A stretch of DNA of 32,929 nt, taken from contig CAYYBK010000002.1 in assembly GCA_964470015.1 (NCBI GenBank), positions 1 through 32,929 on the forward strand, given 5' to 3'. This document shows positions 8,357 through 16,345 of the stretch, piece after piece; within the stretch, counting starts at the first letter, position 1, and every line of letters begins with the position of its first letter. Both the position numbers and the translations under genes were made by a program. The DNA is from an uncultured Syntrophales bacterium. Lineage in GTDB: Bacteria; Desulfobacterota; Syntrophia; Syntrophales; Smithellaceae. The notes beneath the pieces were generated by a model. That model did no database searches. It was not told where the DNA came from and was given only the letters and a program-made list of their open reading frames with translations.

Positions 8357-9211
8357 TCATTCGCGCCAGAATGCCTTATTGTCGAGAGTGGTTACGATGC
8401 AGGGCGCTTCGTCTTTTATCATCATAAAATTGATCTGCCGGCCTGTTACGCCGCCGGAGGCGCGATGGGAAAAAAATAGATCTTGCCGGCAGGCGGTGCA
8501 GAGACCGGCGGAATCAATGTTCGCTTCGGGAACGCCGCCGGCAATCAGCTGCCGGCGGTTAGCCTCCGGTAGATCCAGCATCCATCTTTCTTTTCCCCGG
8601 AGCGGAAACAAAAAATAATCTTTGTCATTTTGTGTGGCAAAGGCGCCGGCGGCCACGGCATCAACTTCGTAGCAGCAGTTGCCGATGGCCGGACCAATTG
8701 CCGCCAGGATATTCCGGGGCGCGGAATGGTAATGCCGGCGAAGCAAGCTCACGGCTTTGGCGGTGATGCCGGAGGCGCTGCCCCGCCAGCCCGCATGAAC
8801 GTTAATAATTACTTTATTTTCCTTATCGGCAATGAACACGGGCACGCAGTCAGCAGTCTTGACGCAAACCGCCACACCGGGTCGGTCGGTTGCGATCGCA
8901 TCGTAGTCAAGCTCGGCCCGCGAGGAAAAATAACTGCCCTTTTTTTCGATGACGAATATGCCGTCACTGTGGACCTGATTGACCACCAGGAATTGTGCAA
9001 TGGGAATGGCGAAGGCCGCCGCCAGTTTTTCCCAGTTTTGCAGAACGCTGTATTCGTCGTCCCCTTCGCGGAAACTCATGTTGAGGCCGGCATAATCCGC
9101 CCTGGAAACTCCCCCCTGCCTTGTGCAGAAGGCATGGAGAAGAAAATCGCAATTTTTTAAAAGAGATGACTGCAGGTATAAGAGGGATTTATTTCGCTCG
9201 AAAGTAAACAT
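8357..9211 (-). CDS. pgeF: Peptidoglycan editing factor PgeF / YfiH (laccase-domain, DUF152) protein
   Basis: The track ORF 8357..9550 runs 339 nt into rluD with an Arg/Gly-rich, non-protein-like extension. The ATG at 9211 (MFTFERNKSLLY...) overlaps the rluD stop as TAATG. Family motifs VNQVHS, TADCVPV, INVHAGWRG and CTAC...FSHR are present. The rluD-yfiH pairing matches the E. coli arrangement. Confidence 0.85.
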   Translation of the reverse strand: MFTFERNKSLLYLQSSLLKNCDFLLHAFCTRQGGVSRADYAGLNMSFREGDDEYSVLQNWEKLAAAFAIPIAQFLVVNQVHSDGIFVIEKKGSYFSSRAELDYDAIATDRPGVAVCVKTADCVPVFIADKENKVIINVHAGWRGSASGITAKAVSLLRRHYHSAPRNILAAIGPAIGNCCYEVDAVAAGAFATQNDKDYFLFPLRGKERWMLDLPEANRRQLIAGGVPEANIDSAGLCTACRQDLFFSHRASGGVTGRQINFMMIKDEAPCIVTTLDNKAFWRE

Positions 9212-10215
9212 TATTTTTTCATCTTTTCCGCCGGCGCCGCTTCCCGTAATGCTTGGCACAGTCCGGCCATATCTTCCGGCATTTCCGCCGTAAAAAAGAC
9301 CCTCTCCCCGCTGGCGGGGTGTAAAAAAGAAAGTCTGGCTGCATGCAGCGCCTGTCTGTTTAACGACCTGATCCGCGCTTTTAAGGCGGCATCCCTGACG
9401 GTATTGATTTTCGCGGCGTTGCCGTAAACGGTGTCGCCGACAACGGGATAACCCCGGTCCGCCAGATGCACCCTGATTTGATGCGTGCGGCCGGTTTTGA
9501 TTTCCACGTCGAGCAATGTTGCCACGCCGTAGCGTTCCCGTACCGTCCATAGAGTAAGCGCGTCTCTTCCCCGCCTGCTTTTTGTAGACATCTTTTTGCG
9601 GTCACCCGGGTGTCTGCCCACCGGCAATATTATTTCACCGTGATTGCCTTTGACGTCGCCCCAGACCAGCGCCCGGTAGGTTTTATAGACTTGATCATGG
9701 CTTGCAAACTGAGCCGCCAGGATGCGGTGCGCGGCATCGGACTTGGCTGCTACCAGCAATCCGGAAGTCCCTTTATCCAGGCGATGGACTATTCCGGGAC
9801 GCAGAACGCCGCCGATGCCGGAGAGATCACGGCAATGAAAAAGCAGGGCGTTGACCAGTGTCTGGTCGTAGCTGCCCGGTGCCGGATGCACAACCATGCC
9901 CGCCTGCTTGTTCACGACGATAACAGCCGCATCTTCATAAATGATGCTCAAGGGAATTTCCTGCGGGACAGCGACCGGCTCCCTTGCCGGCTTCCGGCGC
10001 AGAATTATTATGTCGCCCTCTTTCAGCCGCTGACCGGCTTTCGGAGAGGTGCCGTTGACCAGCACGTCGCCTTCCTCAATTGCCCGCTTGACCTGTGAGC
10101 GCGAGAGGGTGGAATCATTTTGCGCCAAAAAAATATCGAGCCGCTGCCCGTTTTGACTGCGGTTGACCGTAAACGATTGCGATGCGGAATTGCCGGAATT
10201 CGTTTCAGCGGGCAT
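9211..10215 (-). CDS. rluD: 23S rRNA pseudouridine synthase, RluD family
   Basis: 334 aa. N-terminal S4 domain (RLDIFLAQNDSTLSRSQVKRAIEEGDVLVNG), then the RluA-family catalytic motif HRLDKGTSGLLV and a C-terminal HQIRVHLA. Confidence 0.9.
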   Translation of the reverse strand: MPAETNSGNSASQSFTVNRSQNGQRLDIFLAQNDSTLSRSQVKRAIEEGDVLVNGTSPKAGQRLKEGDIIILRRKPAREPVAVPQEIPLSIIYEDAAVIVVNKQAGMVVHPAPGSYDQTLVNALLFHCRDLSGIGGVLRPGIVHRLDKGTSGLLVAAKSDAAHRILAAQFASHDQVYKTYRALVWGDVKGNHGEIILPVGRHPGDRKKMSTKSRRGRDALTLWTVRERYGVATLLDVEIKTGRTHQIRVHLADRGYPVVGDTVYGNAAKINTVRDAALKARIRSLNRQALHAARLSFLHPASGERVFFTAEMPEDMAGLCQALREAAPAEKMKK

Positions 10216-10528
10216 AAATGTTTTTAAAATATCTGCAATGCAGCCTATGAAGCAAGGCGGATATTTTAAGAGCTCCTCTTTGAGGTTTCATATTCAGGGG
10301 AGAGATTAGAATATTGCCTTGTCTTTTTCAAGGGAAATACATCCTATGTTTGCATCACGACGCGGCACAACGCTGCTTTCATTGATGACTACTGCGCGGA
10401 AAGCGGAATTTGTGTCCGATAACCTTGAAACACAAGGGCAGGACGGGATAATTTTTATGAAAAGCCAGCGGCCGGGACGAACGAACCTGCCGGTTTTTAT
10501 TTTTCGGCATCTGCCCGGCAGATGCGGA

Positions 10529-11944
10529 TTAATCGGCGCAGCAGCGGCGCAGGCCTTCGATGATGAAGTCAAACTCATCTGCGGATACTGTTCTTAAGTC
10601 GAGCAGAATTTCATCCTGATCAACCCGTACGATAACCGGGAATTCCACCCGGCGCAGCGCCGCTTCGAGCCGGGAAGCCGACATTTTTTTATTTCTTATC
10701 CCGACGACAAAAGTGGGAATTTTTTCCGTGGGCAGCGATCCGCCACCCGCCGCCGCAAAAGATTCCTTGAGGGAATATTCCAGCGAATCCAGCTTGGCCT
10801 TGCGCAGCTTGGTGATGAGCCGGGAGGCGCGTTTTTTCACGGCGCTCCGCGGTTCGGTGAGCGCCTGCAAAGCCCTCAGCCGGCTGACGGCCTGCTGCGG
10901 GTTGAGGTACTGGATCATGGTCGCCTCCAGGGCGGCCAGCGTGAATTTATCGATGCGCAACGCCCGGTTGAGGGGATTATTTTTGATCTGCGCCAGAAGT
11001 GCCTTTTTTCCGACAATGATACCGGCCTGCGGGCCGCCCAATAGTTTATCGCCGCTGAAAGTTACCACGTCCACGCCGGTGGCCAAAACTTCGCGCACCG
11101 TCGGTTCATGCTGCAAGCCGTACGGTGCAAGATCAATCAAGCAACCGCTGCCCAGATCATCCATGACGGGAACACCGGTTTTTTCCCCCAGAGCAACGAG
11201 TGAGACAATGTCGGCTTCTTCGGTGAAGCCGACAATACGGTAATTGCTGGTGTGGACTTTTAAAATAAGTCCGGTGGCGGCGCCGATAGCTTTTTCATAA
11301 TCCGCAAGGCGGGTGCGATTGGTCGTTCCCACTTCCCGCATCAGCACACCGCTTTTCTTCATGATTTCCGGAATGCGAAACTCCCCGCCGATTTCAATCA
11401 GCTCGCCGCGGGAAACGATGGCTTCCTTGCTTTCGGCTAAGGTATTTAACACAAGCAAAACGGCCCCTGCATTATTATTGACGATCAAAGCATCTTCCGC
11501 GCCGGTGAGAACGCAAATTATTTCCCGCACATGGTCGTAACGGTAGCCGCGTTCGCCTTTGGCCAGATCAAATTCCAGATTGGAATAGCCGCGTCCGACC
11601 TCGGCGATGCGCTGCATCGCCTCCGTGCAAAGCGGCGCGCGCCCGAGGTTCGTGTGCAGGATGACGCCGGTGGCGTTGACTACCCGCCGCAGCCGGTAGC
11701 GGTAAAGTCCTTGAATCAGTTTCTCGACATCCTTTGCAACAATATCCGCAGCGGGGATTGTTGTCGCGCTTTGTTTTGCCGCCGCAGTGACGATTTTTTC
11801 CCGCAGTTTCTGCACTTCTCTTTGCGTCAATTCCTTGATAATTTCGCGCGGTGCCAGTGCATAAACATCGTTCTTCTCCAAGAGGAGCAATACCTCGTTG
11901 ATCTTGGGCAGGCTTTTTAATAATGCTTTTTTCTTTTCGTCCAT
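10529..11944 (-). CDS. selA: L-seryl-tRNA(Sec) selenium transferase (selenocysteine synthase)
   Basis: Collinear with SelA: LPKINEVLLL..., NATGVILHTNLGRAPL, and the PLP-lysine region VTFSGDKLLGGPQAGIIVG. I prefer the ATG at 11944 (MDEKKKALL...) because it begins 20 nt after the upstream gene stop (11964). The track start at 11992 would overlap that gene. Confidence 0.93.
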   Translation of the reverse strand: MDEKKKALLKSLPKINEVLLLLEKNDVYALAPREIIKELTQREVQKLREKIVTAAAKQSATTIPAADIVAKDVEKLIQGLYRYRLRRVVNATGVILHTNLGRAPLCTEAMQRIAEVGRGYSNLEFDLAKGERGYRYDHVREIICVLTGAEDALIVNNNAGAVLLVLNTLAESKEAIVSRGELIEIGGEFRIPEIMKKSGVLMREVGTTNRTRLADYEKAIGAATGLILKVHTSNYRIVGFTEEADIVSLVALGEKTGVPVMDDLGSGCLIDLAPYGLQHEPTVREVLATGVDVVTFSGDKLLGGPQAGIIVGKKALLAQIKNNPLNRALRIDKFTLAALEATMIQYLNPQQAVSRLRALQALTEPRSAVKKRASRLITKLRKAKLDSLEYSLKESFAAAGGGSLPTEKIPTFVVGIRNKKMSASRLEAALRRVEFPVIVRVDQDEILLDLRTVSADEFDFIIEGLRRCCAD

Positions 11945-11963
11945 GTGGTACCCCCGGTGCAAC

Positions 11964-13223
11964 CTAAGTAATGCCGGCCTTTTTGCGGCCAAAATCCCGG
12001 AAATTGTTCACCGCAATGAAAAATTCCCGCATCATGACCACCCAGTAATAACGTCCCCGCGGCGTTAAGTGCAAAGTAGGCGGAAAGTAGCGGAATGCGC
12101 CGGCCATGATAAAAGCGATCATTTCCCGCCACAGCGATTTTAAAAACTTCCCGTCATATTTTTCTTCCATTTGCGCTATATTGATTTTCGTGCTGAACAA
12201 TTTCATTAGAAAATCGTAGCGGATCTGATCCCGGCGGTCAAACGTCCGCGCCGCCGCGAGCGGCAGTTTGCCCTCCTCCAGCAAGGCGGTATAATGTCTG
12301 ATGTCAAAAGTATTGGCGTAACAAGTTCCTTTCAGGTAGCCGATGGCTCCGCTGCCCAGACCGGCGTATTCATCGTAGTCCACGACATATTCGTCCAGCA
12401 GCGCTTTTTTGCTTTTCTTTCGGGAAAAGCACCATGCCGAAGAAGAATTGTAATCTTTCTCCAGGCGCCGGATAATCAGCTTATATAATCTTTTTTCCCG
12501 GGTGAAATCAACTTTGCCGATTGTTTTATCCATCAGGTTTTGGGTGATTGCGGAAACCATCAAAGGGTAAAAGGTTATTTGTTCCATTTGCAGTTCCCGC
12601 AGGATATTTAAATCGTCCTGCAGCATCTGTTGAGTCTGGGTGGGGAAATTGAAAATCATATCTGCATTGATTGTGTCGAAACATCCCTGAACCTGCTTTA
12701 GTTTTGCCGCAATTGCTTCACCCCGGCCGTATTTTTCATAACGGCCGATTTTTTTCAAAAGATCGTCATTAAAAGTCTGAATGCCGACGGACAGACGATT
12801 GATCCCGGCTTGCTGAAGAGCGGCAATGTTCTCCGCTGTCAAATGATCGGGATTTGTTTCCACTGATATCTCCCGGATGGGGAATGTCTGCCGGGCGTCT
12901 TGCAGCAGAGAAGCCAATTCGTCCATTAAAACGGTGGGAGTTCCACCCCCGACGTAAATTCCACGGAAAGTGTAGCCTTTTTCCTGGTAGAGTTTGATTT
13001 CCCTGCGCAGCGCGGCAAAATATTGCCGGGCAGGCTGCTCTTCAAAGCGCACCCGGTGAAAGGAGCAGTAGGGGCAGAGCTCCGGACAAAAAGGGATATG
13101 AATATAGAGCAGGCGTTTTTTATCGTCGTTACAGAAGGGTAAAGCGGGCGGCATGCCTTCCGAAAATTTCAGTGCACGGGAAAATTCTTTCTGTGCAATT
13201 TTGGTGATGAATTGATTAAGCAA
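11964..13223 (-). CDS. Radical SAM protein, HemN/HemW (oxygen-independent coproporphyrinogen-III oxidase-like) family
   Basis: 419 aa. Radical SAM cluster motif HIPFCPELCPYCSF (CxxxCxxC), GGGTPT, and a HemN-C-like tail. The track start at 13223 is a TTG. The precise start and function are uncertain. Confidence 0.82.
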   Translation of the reverse strand: MLNQFITKIAQKEFSRALKFSEGMPPALPFCNDDKKRLLYIHIPFCPELCPYCSFHRVRFEEQPARQYFAALRREIKLYQEKGYTFRGIYVGGGTPTVLMDELASLLQDARQTFPIREISVETNPDHLTAENIAALQQAGINRLSVGIQTFNDDLLKKIGRYEKYGRGEAIAAKLKQVQGCFDTINADMIFNFPTQTQQMLQDDLNILRELQMEQITFYPLMVSAITQNLMDKTIGKVDFTREKRLYKLIIRRLEKDYNSSSAWCFSRKKSKKALLDEYVVDYDEYAGLGSGAIGYLKGTCYANTFDIRHYTALLEEGKLPLAAARTFDRRDQIRYDFLMKLFSTKINIAQMEEKYDGKFLKSLWREMIAFIMAGAFRYFPPTLHLTPRGRYYWVVMMREFFIAVNNFRDFGRKKAGIT

Positions 13224-13302
13224 ATGTCAAACCTTACCTGCTACCTGATGGCTTTATTAGCTGTTTAGCAAAAGAAGGGCGGTTATTGCAAGCTACAATT
13301 CC

Positions 13303-13331
13303 TTGAAATTACGCGGTATAGATGTTATACG
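13303..13331 (+). promoter_or_regulatory. Possible sigma70-like promoter for def
   Basis: TTGAAA (13303-13308), a 17 nt spacer, then TATACG (13326-13331). An AAGGTGAAGGA Shine-Dalgarno precedes the ATG at 13364. Confidence 0.35.
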
Positions 13332-13363
13332 ATACGGCAAAGCGCGTTTAAGGTGAAGGATTA

Positions 13364-13927
13364 ATGGCCAAAAGCAGAGTTTTGACCTTATGGAATGAAG
13401 AGGGCGTAAATGAAAAAGATGCATCCGTGCTGCGGAAAAAATCTTCCGAAGTTTCGTATCCCCTGGATAAGGAAGGGCGCAGTGCCATCCAGGCGCTGAC
13501 CGATACTTTTCTGGGGCGGGATGACGCCTCCGGTCTTGCCGCTCCCCAAATCGGCATCAACAAAAGGATAATCGCCTTCCGGGTCAAAAATATTGGTGAA
13601 AAGGGCAAACTGCAGCCGGATGATATTGAGGTCCTGGTTAATCCCCGCATTACACAAGCCCGCGGCGAAAAAGTCAAAATGAATGAAGGGTGTTTATCCT
13701 GTCCGGAAATCCAGGTGGAAGTCAGCCGCTTTCCGGAAATTAAAGTCCGTGCCCTGGATGCCAAGGGGGAAAAAATAAATAAAAGATACCTGGATTATGT
13801 CGCCCGTGTTGTCCAGCACGAAATTGACCATCTGGACGGCAAATTAATTGTTGATTATGAGGGGGACCTTTATTATCCCAAGAATAAGGAAAAGTTTTTT
13901 ACAAATCTTTTTCAGGGCAACGAGTAA
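13364..13927 (+). CDS. def: Peptide deformylase
   Basis: 187 aa with the three canonical PDF motifs: GLAAPQIG, EGCLSCP and HEIDHLDG. Confidence 0.95.
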   Translation: MAKSRVLTLWNEEGVNEKDASVLRKKSSEVSYPLDKEGRSAIQALTDTFLGRDDASGLAAPQIGINKRIIAFRVKNIGEKGKLQPDDIEVLVNPRITQARGEKVKMNEGCLSCPEIQVEVSRFPEIKVRALDAKGEKINKRYLDYVARVVQHEIDHLDGKLIVDYEGDLYYPKNKEKFFTNLFQGNE

Positions 13928-14345
13928 CTTCATTTCTGTGTACCAACCGTTTTTTCTTGTTTGATAATCGTTTGCAAAAAGAGCGCTTTAAGATGAAGGC
14001 AAAGGCCGTTTTTTTCTGACTGCCCTGCTTTTCCTTGCGGTGCCGCTTGTTCAGGCCGCCGACTGGCGGTTAAAGGCCATGGGTATGGGCATTTATATCT
14101 ATGATCAGGCCAAATACCATAAAGAGTTGCAGATTGTGGAGAAGAGAAATACCTGGTTGCGGCGGGAACCGCGGGCAAGAAACGCCTTCTGCCGGTCCGG
14201 CGCCAGGGTATTCGGTGCCTGGCTGGTCGGTCCGCTTTTTGCTCGGGCAGAGAAGCACGGAGCAGGTCGCACCGCAAGGCTCCAGCGAATTCAATAGTAC
14301 GGATTGATGCGATAATACCAGCCTAATCAGAAAACTGCAAAAGCG

Positions 14346-15128
14346 CTAAACGGCGGCGGTTTTTCTAAAGACAGCCAGCATTTGTTCGTGAATCAAACCG
14401 TTGGAAACAAGAAGATGCGGGGAGAGGAGCGTCCATGGCCGGCCGCATATATCGGTTATTTTTCCCCCCGTTTCTTCGATCAGCAGGCAGGCGGCGGCCG
14501 TATCCCAGGGCTTCAGCTTCAATTCCCAGAAGCCGTCGAACCGGCCGGCGGCAACATAAGCAATATCCAGCGCCGCTGCCCCGGCACGGCGGATAGCTTG
14601 TGCCTTTTTGGACATCGCACTGAAATAGTTCAGATTATTTTCCTCGCTTTCCCGGATGTCGTAGGGGAAACCGGTTGCCAGCAGGCTGCGGTTCAGGGAA
14701 GATGTACGGGATACGGCAAGTTTTTTCCCATTCAGATAACCTCCCTTGCCGCGGAGGGCCACAAAGGTATCCCCGCGCGTCGGATCATAAATAACCCCCA
14801 TAATTACTAATCCGTCTTTTTCCAGCGCAATGGAAACGCAAAAAACGGGATAGCCGTGGGCATAATTGGTCGTACCGTCCAAGGGGTCAATGATCCAGCG
14901 CAGAGGCGAGCCGTCCAGCACGGCCGGAGATTCTTCCGATAAAATACCATGATCGGGATAGGTGCGCCTGATTTCCTGCATAATTAAATTTTCTGATGCT
15001 TTATCGGCTTCCGTGACCAGATTAATATCTCCCTTGTACTGGACATCCGGTGATTCATCCAGTTTCTGCATCAATAATTCACCGGCCCTGTGGGCTAAAA
15101 CGACGGCAAAGTTTTTCAGCTGCATCAT
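14346..15128 (-). CDS. suhB: Inositol monophosphatase family protein (SuhB-like)
   Basis: Motifs EADKASE, WIIDPLDGTTNYAHG and WDTAA. The track ORF starts at a TTG (15260). The ATG-ATG at 15128/15125 (MMQLKNFAVVLAHRAGELL) gives the normal length of about 260 aa. Confidence 0.9.
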   Translation of the reverse strand: MMQLKNFAVVLAHRAGELLMQKLDESPDVQYKGDINLVTEADKASENLIMQEIRRTYPDHGILSEESPAVLDGSPLRWIIDPLDGTTNYAHGYPVFCVSIALEKDGLVIMGVIYDPTRGDTFVALRGKGGYLNGKKLAVSRTSSLNRSLLATGFPYDIRESEENNLNYFSAMSKKAQAIRRAGAAALDIAYVAAGRFDGFWELKLKPWDTAAACLLIEETGGKITDICGRPWTLLSPHLLVSNGLIHEQMLAVFRKTAAV

Positions 15129-15296
15129 TGTGTGTTTACCCCTGTTTTCGTAATTTTTCAGCGGTGCTTGTAATAGAATTCGGCAATAATATAAAGGATT
15201 AAAATAACCAGCGGCGTTCTTTTTAAAAAGTTGCGCTAAGCGGGAATTAATGTTAAGCAATTTTAGTAAATATTTTTATCGGCGATCCTTAAATCC

Positions 15297-16166
15297 ATGG
15301 CTGAAGAAAAGACTGTTGCAAAAGATTTTGTGGGTATCAGGGCCAAAAGAGAAGCTTTGGGGTTGACCATAAAGGATGTTATCTCCATTACCAGGATCAG
15401 TGCGGTTAACCTGGAGGCGATAGAAAACGGAGATTTTCAGGCGCTGTCCGTGCCGCTCTATGCCCGTAATTTCATTAGAACCTATGCCCGGACGCTGGGT
15501 TTGGACAGCAAACCGATCCTGGATAGTTATGAAGCTTATCTCCAAGCCCTGAAAGACGCCGAGGCGCAAAAGACGCCGGAAACGGTTCAGAAAAAACAGA
15601 CACTGCTTGCAAAACCCCGCCGGTATAAGGTGTATGCCGGCGTCGCGGTAGTTGTAATTATTGCTGCCGCTGCCGGTTTCTTTTTTTTCCGCCAGCCGCC
15701 GCCCGCGCCGGAAGTTGCGGGCGGTCAGCAAAGCGCAACGGCAGCCGTGCCCAATGCTCCGGTAAATGAATCCTTGAATCCTGCGGAGCCGGCACCGTCT
15801 GTTGCCGCGGAAGTAAAGGAGCAAACGCCGCTGAATCCGGTGCTGCCGCAGCAAAAAAGCGAACCACAGGCGGTAGTTGTCGCGCAGCAAAATGTTTCCG
15901 GACGGGAGGACACAAGGCCGGCGGCAATGAGTGAAGGTGCCGATGTTCTGGTGATTAAAGCGGTTGAAGAAACCTGGATACGCATGAAAATAGACCAGAA
16001 TCCGCCCCAGGAAGCCCTCCTGCAGCCCGGAGACGAAATTAAACGCAGAGGGATCCACTTTGAAATAGATATCGGTAATGCCGGCGGCATTACGCTGATG
16101 TTTAAAGGAAAATCCATGGAAAGCCTTGGCAAGTCAGGTCAGGTGGTCCACCTGAGGCTGCCTTAA
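15297..16166 (+). CDS. rodZ: RodZ-like cytoskeleton protein (HTH, single transmembrane helix, DUF4115)
   Basis: 289 aa. N-terminal XRE-type HTH (LGLTIKDVISITRISAVNLEAIENGDF), one TM helix (VYAGVAVVVIIAAAAGFFFF), a Pro/Ala/Gln-rich linker, and a C-terminal DUF4115-like beta domain (VIKAVEETWIRMKIDQ...IDIGNAGGITLMFKGKSM). The 260 aa antisense ORF is Arg-rich shadow. Confidence 0.8.
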   Translation: MAEEKTVAKDFVGIRAKREALGLTIKDVISITRISAVNLEAIENGDFQALSVPLYARNFIRTYARTLGLDSKPILDSYEAYLQALKDAEAQKTPETVQKKQTLLAKPRRYKVYAGVAVVVIIAAAAGFFFFRQPPPAPEVAGGQQSATAAVPNAPVNESLNPAEPAPSVAAEVKEQTPLNPVLPQQKSEPQAVVVAQQNVSGREDTRPAAMSEGADVLVIKAVEETWIRMKIDQNPPQEALLQPGDEIKRRGIHFEIDIGNAGGITLMFKGKSMESLGKSGQVVHLRLP

Positions 16167-16192
16167 TAAAAAATACATTAATGAGGTGAAAA

Positions 16193-16300
16193 ATGTTTGG
16201 GATAGGCGTGGGCCGGGGTATTAAAAATTTTAAAAAATCTGTTAATAGCGACAATGAAGCCGCTAATCAACCCGCCAAAAAAGAAGACGAGAAACATTAA
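16193..16300 (+). CDS. 35-aa micro-ORF resembling a TatA/E protein without its transmembrane helix
   Basis: Absent from the ORF track because it is under 60 aa. ATG at 16193 is preceded by GAGGTG 5 nt upstream. Translation is MFGIGVGRGIKNFKKSVNSDNEAANQPAKKEDEKH, ending at TAA 16298-16300, and a hairpin follows. Whether it is expressed or functional is unknown. Confidence 0.35.
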   Translation: MFGIGVGRGIKNFKKSVNSDNEAANQPAKKEDEKH

Positions 16301-16304
16301 CCGG

Positions 16305-16322
16305 CACCGGAAAAAACCGGTG
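16305..16322. terminator. Short hairpin between the micro-ORF and the convergent hydrolase pseudogene
   Basis: CACCGG-AAAAAA-CCGGTG: a 6 bp stem with a 6 nt loop. The U tail is weak on the plus strand (TTGATG), so this is only a possible terminator. Confidence 0.35.
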
Positions 16323-16345
16323 TTGATGCGGGCAATCGTCGGTAA

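Noticed and set aside
9212-9550. 113-codon N-terminal extension of the pgeF ORF (track ORF 8357..9550)
   Set aside because: It overlaps the 3' end of rluD in another frame and has Arg/Gly-rich low-complexity sequence. The ATG at 9211 gives a normal-length YfiH/PgeF and a TAATG coupling junction.
10508-10526. Hairpin GCATCTG-CCCGG-CAGATGC as the selA intrinsic terminator
   Set aside because: On the coding (minus) strand it is followed by CGAAAAATAAAAA rather than a U tract. It may be a stability or processing element, but it is not a canonical terminator.
10216-10528. Possible selC (tRNA-Sec) or other tRNA next to selA
   Set aside because: I could not build an acceptor/T-arm cloverleaf, a TCA anticodon loop or a GTTCGAATC-type T loop on either strand. 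The region is kept as an unexplained gap in the findings.
13930-14307. Track ORFs 13930..14277(-), 14070..14294(-) and 14101..14307(+) as real genes, and a structured RNA (SRP, 6S or RNase P) in the same gap
   Set aside because: All three ORFs are Arg/Pro/Gly-rich and mutually overlapping. I could not match any conserved RNA motif, such as the SRP GGAA/AGCA loop. Only the signal-peptide frame is retained, as a finding.
15276-16058. 260-aa minus-strand ORF opposite rodZ
   Set aside because: It is Arg/Leu/Phe-rich junk. The plus-strand frame has a coherent HTH, transmembrane helix and DUF4115 architecture.
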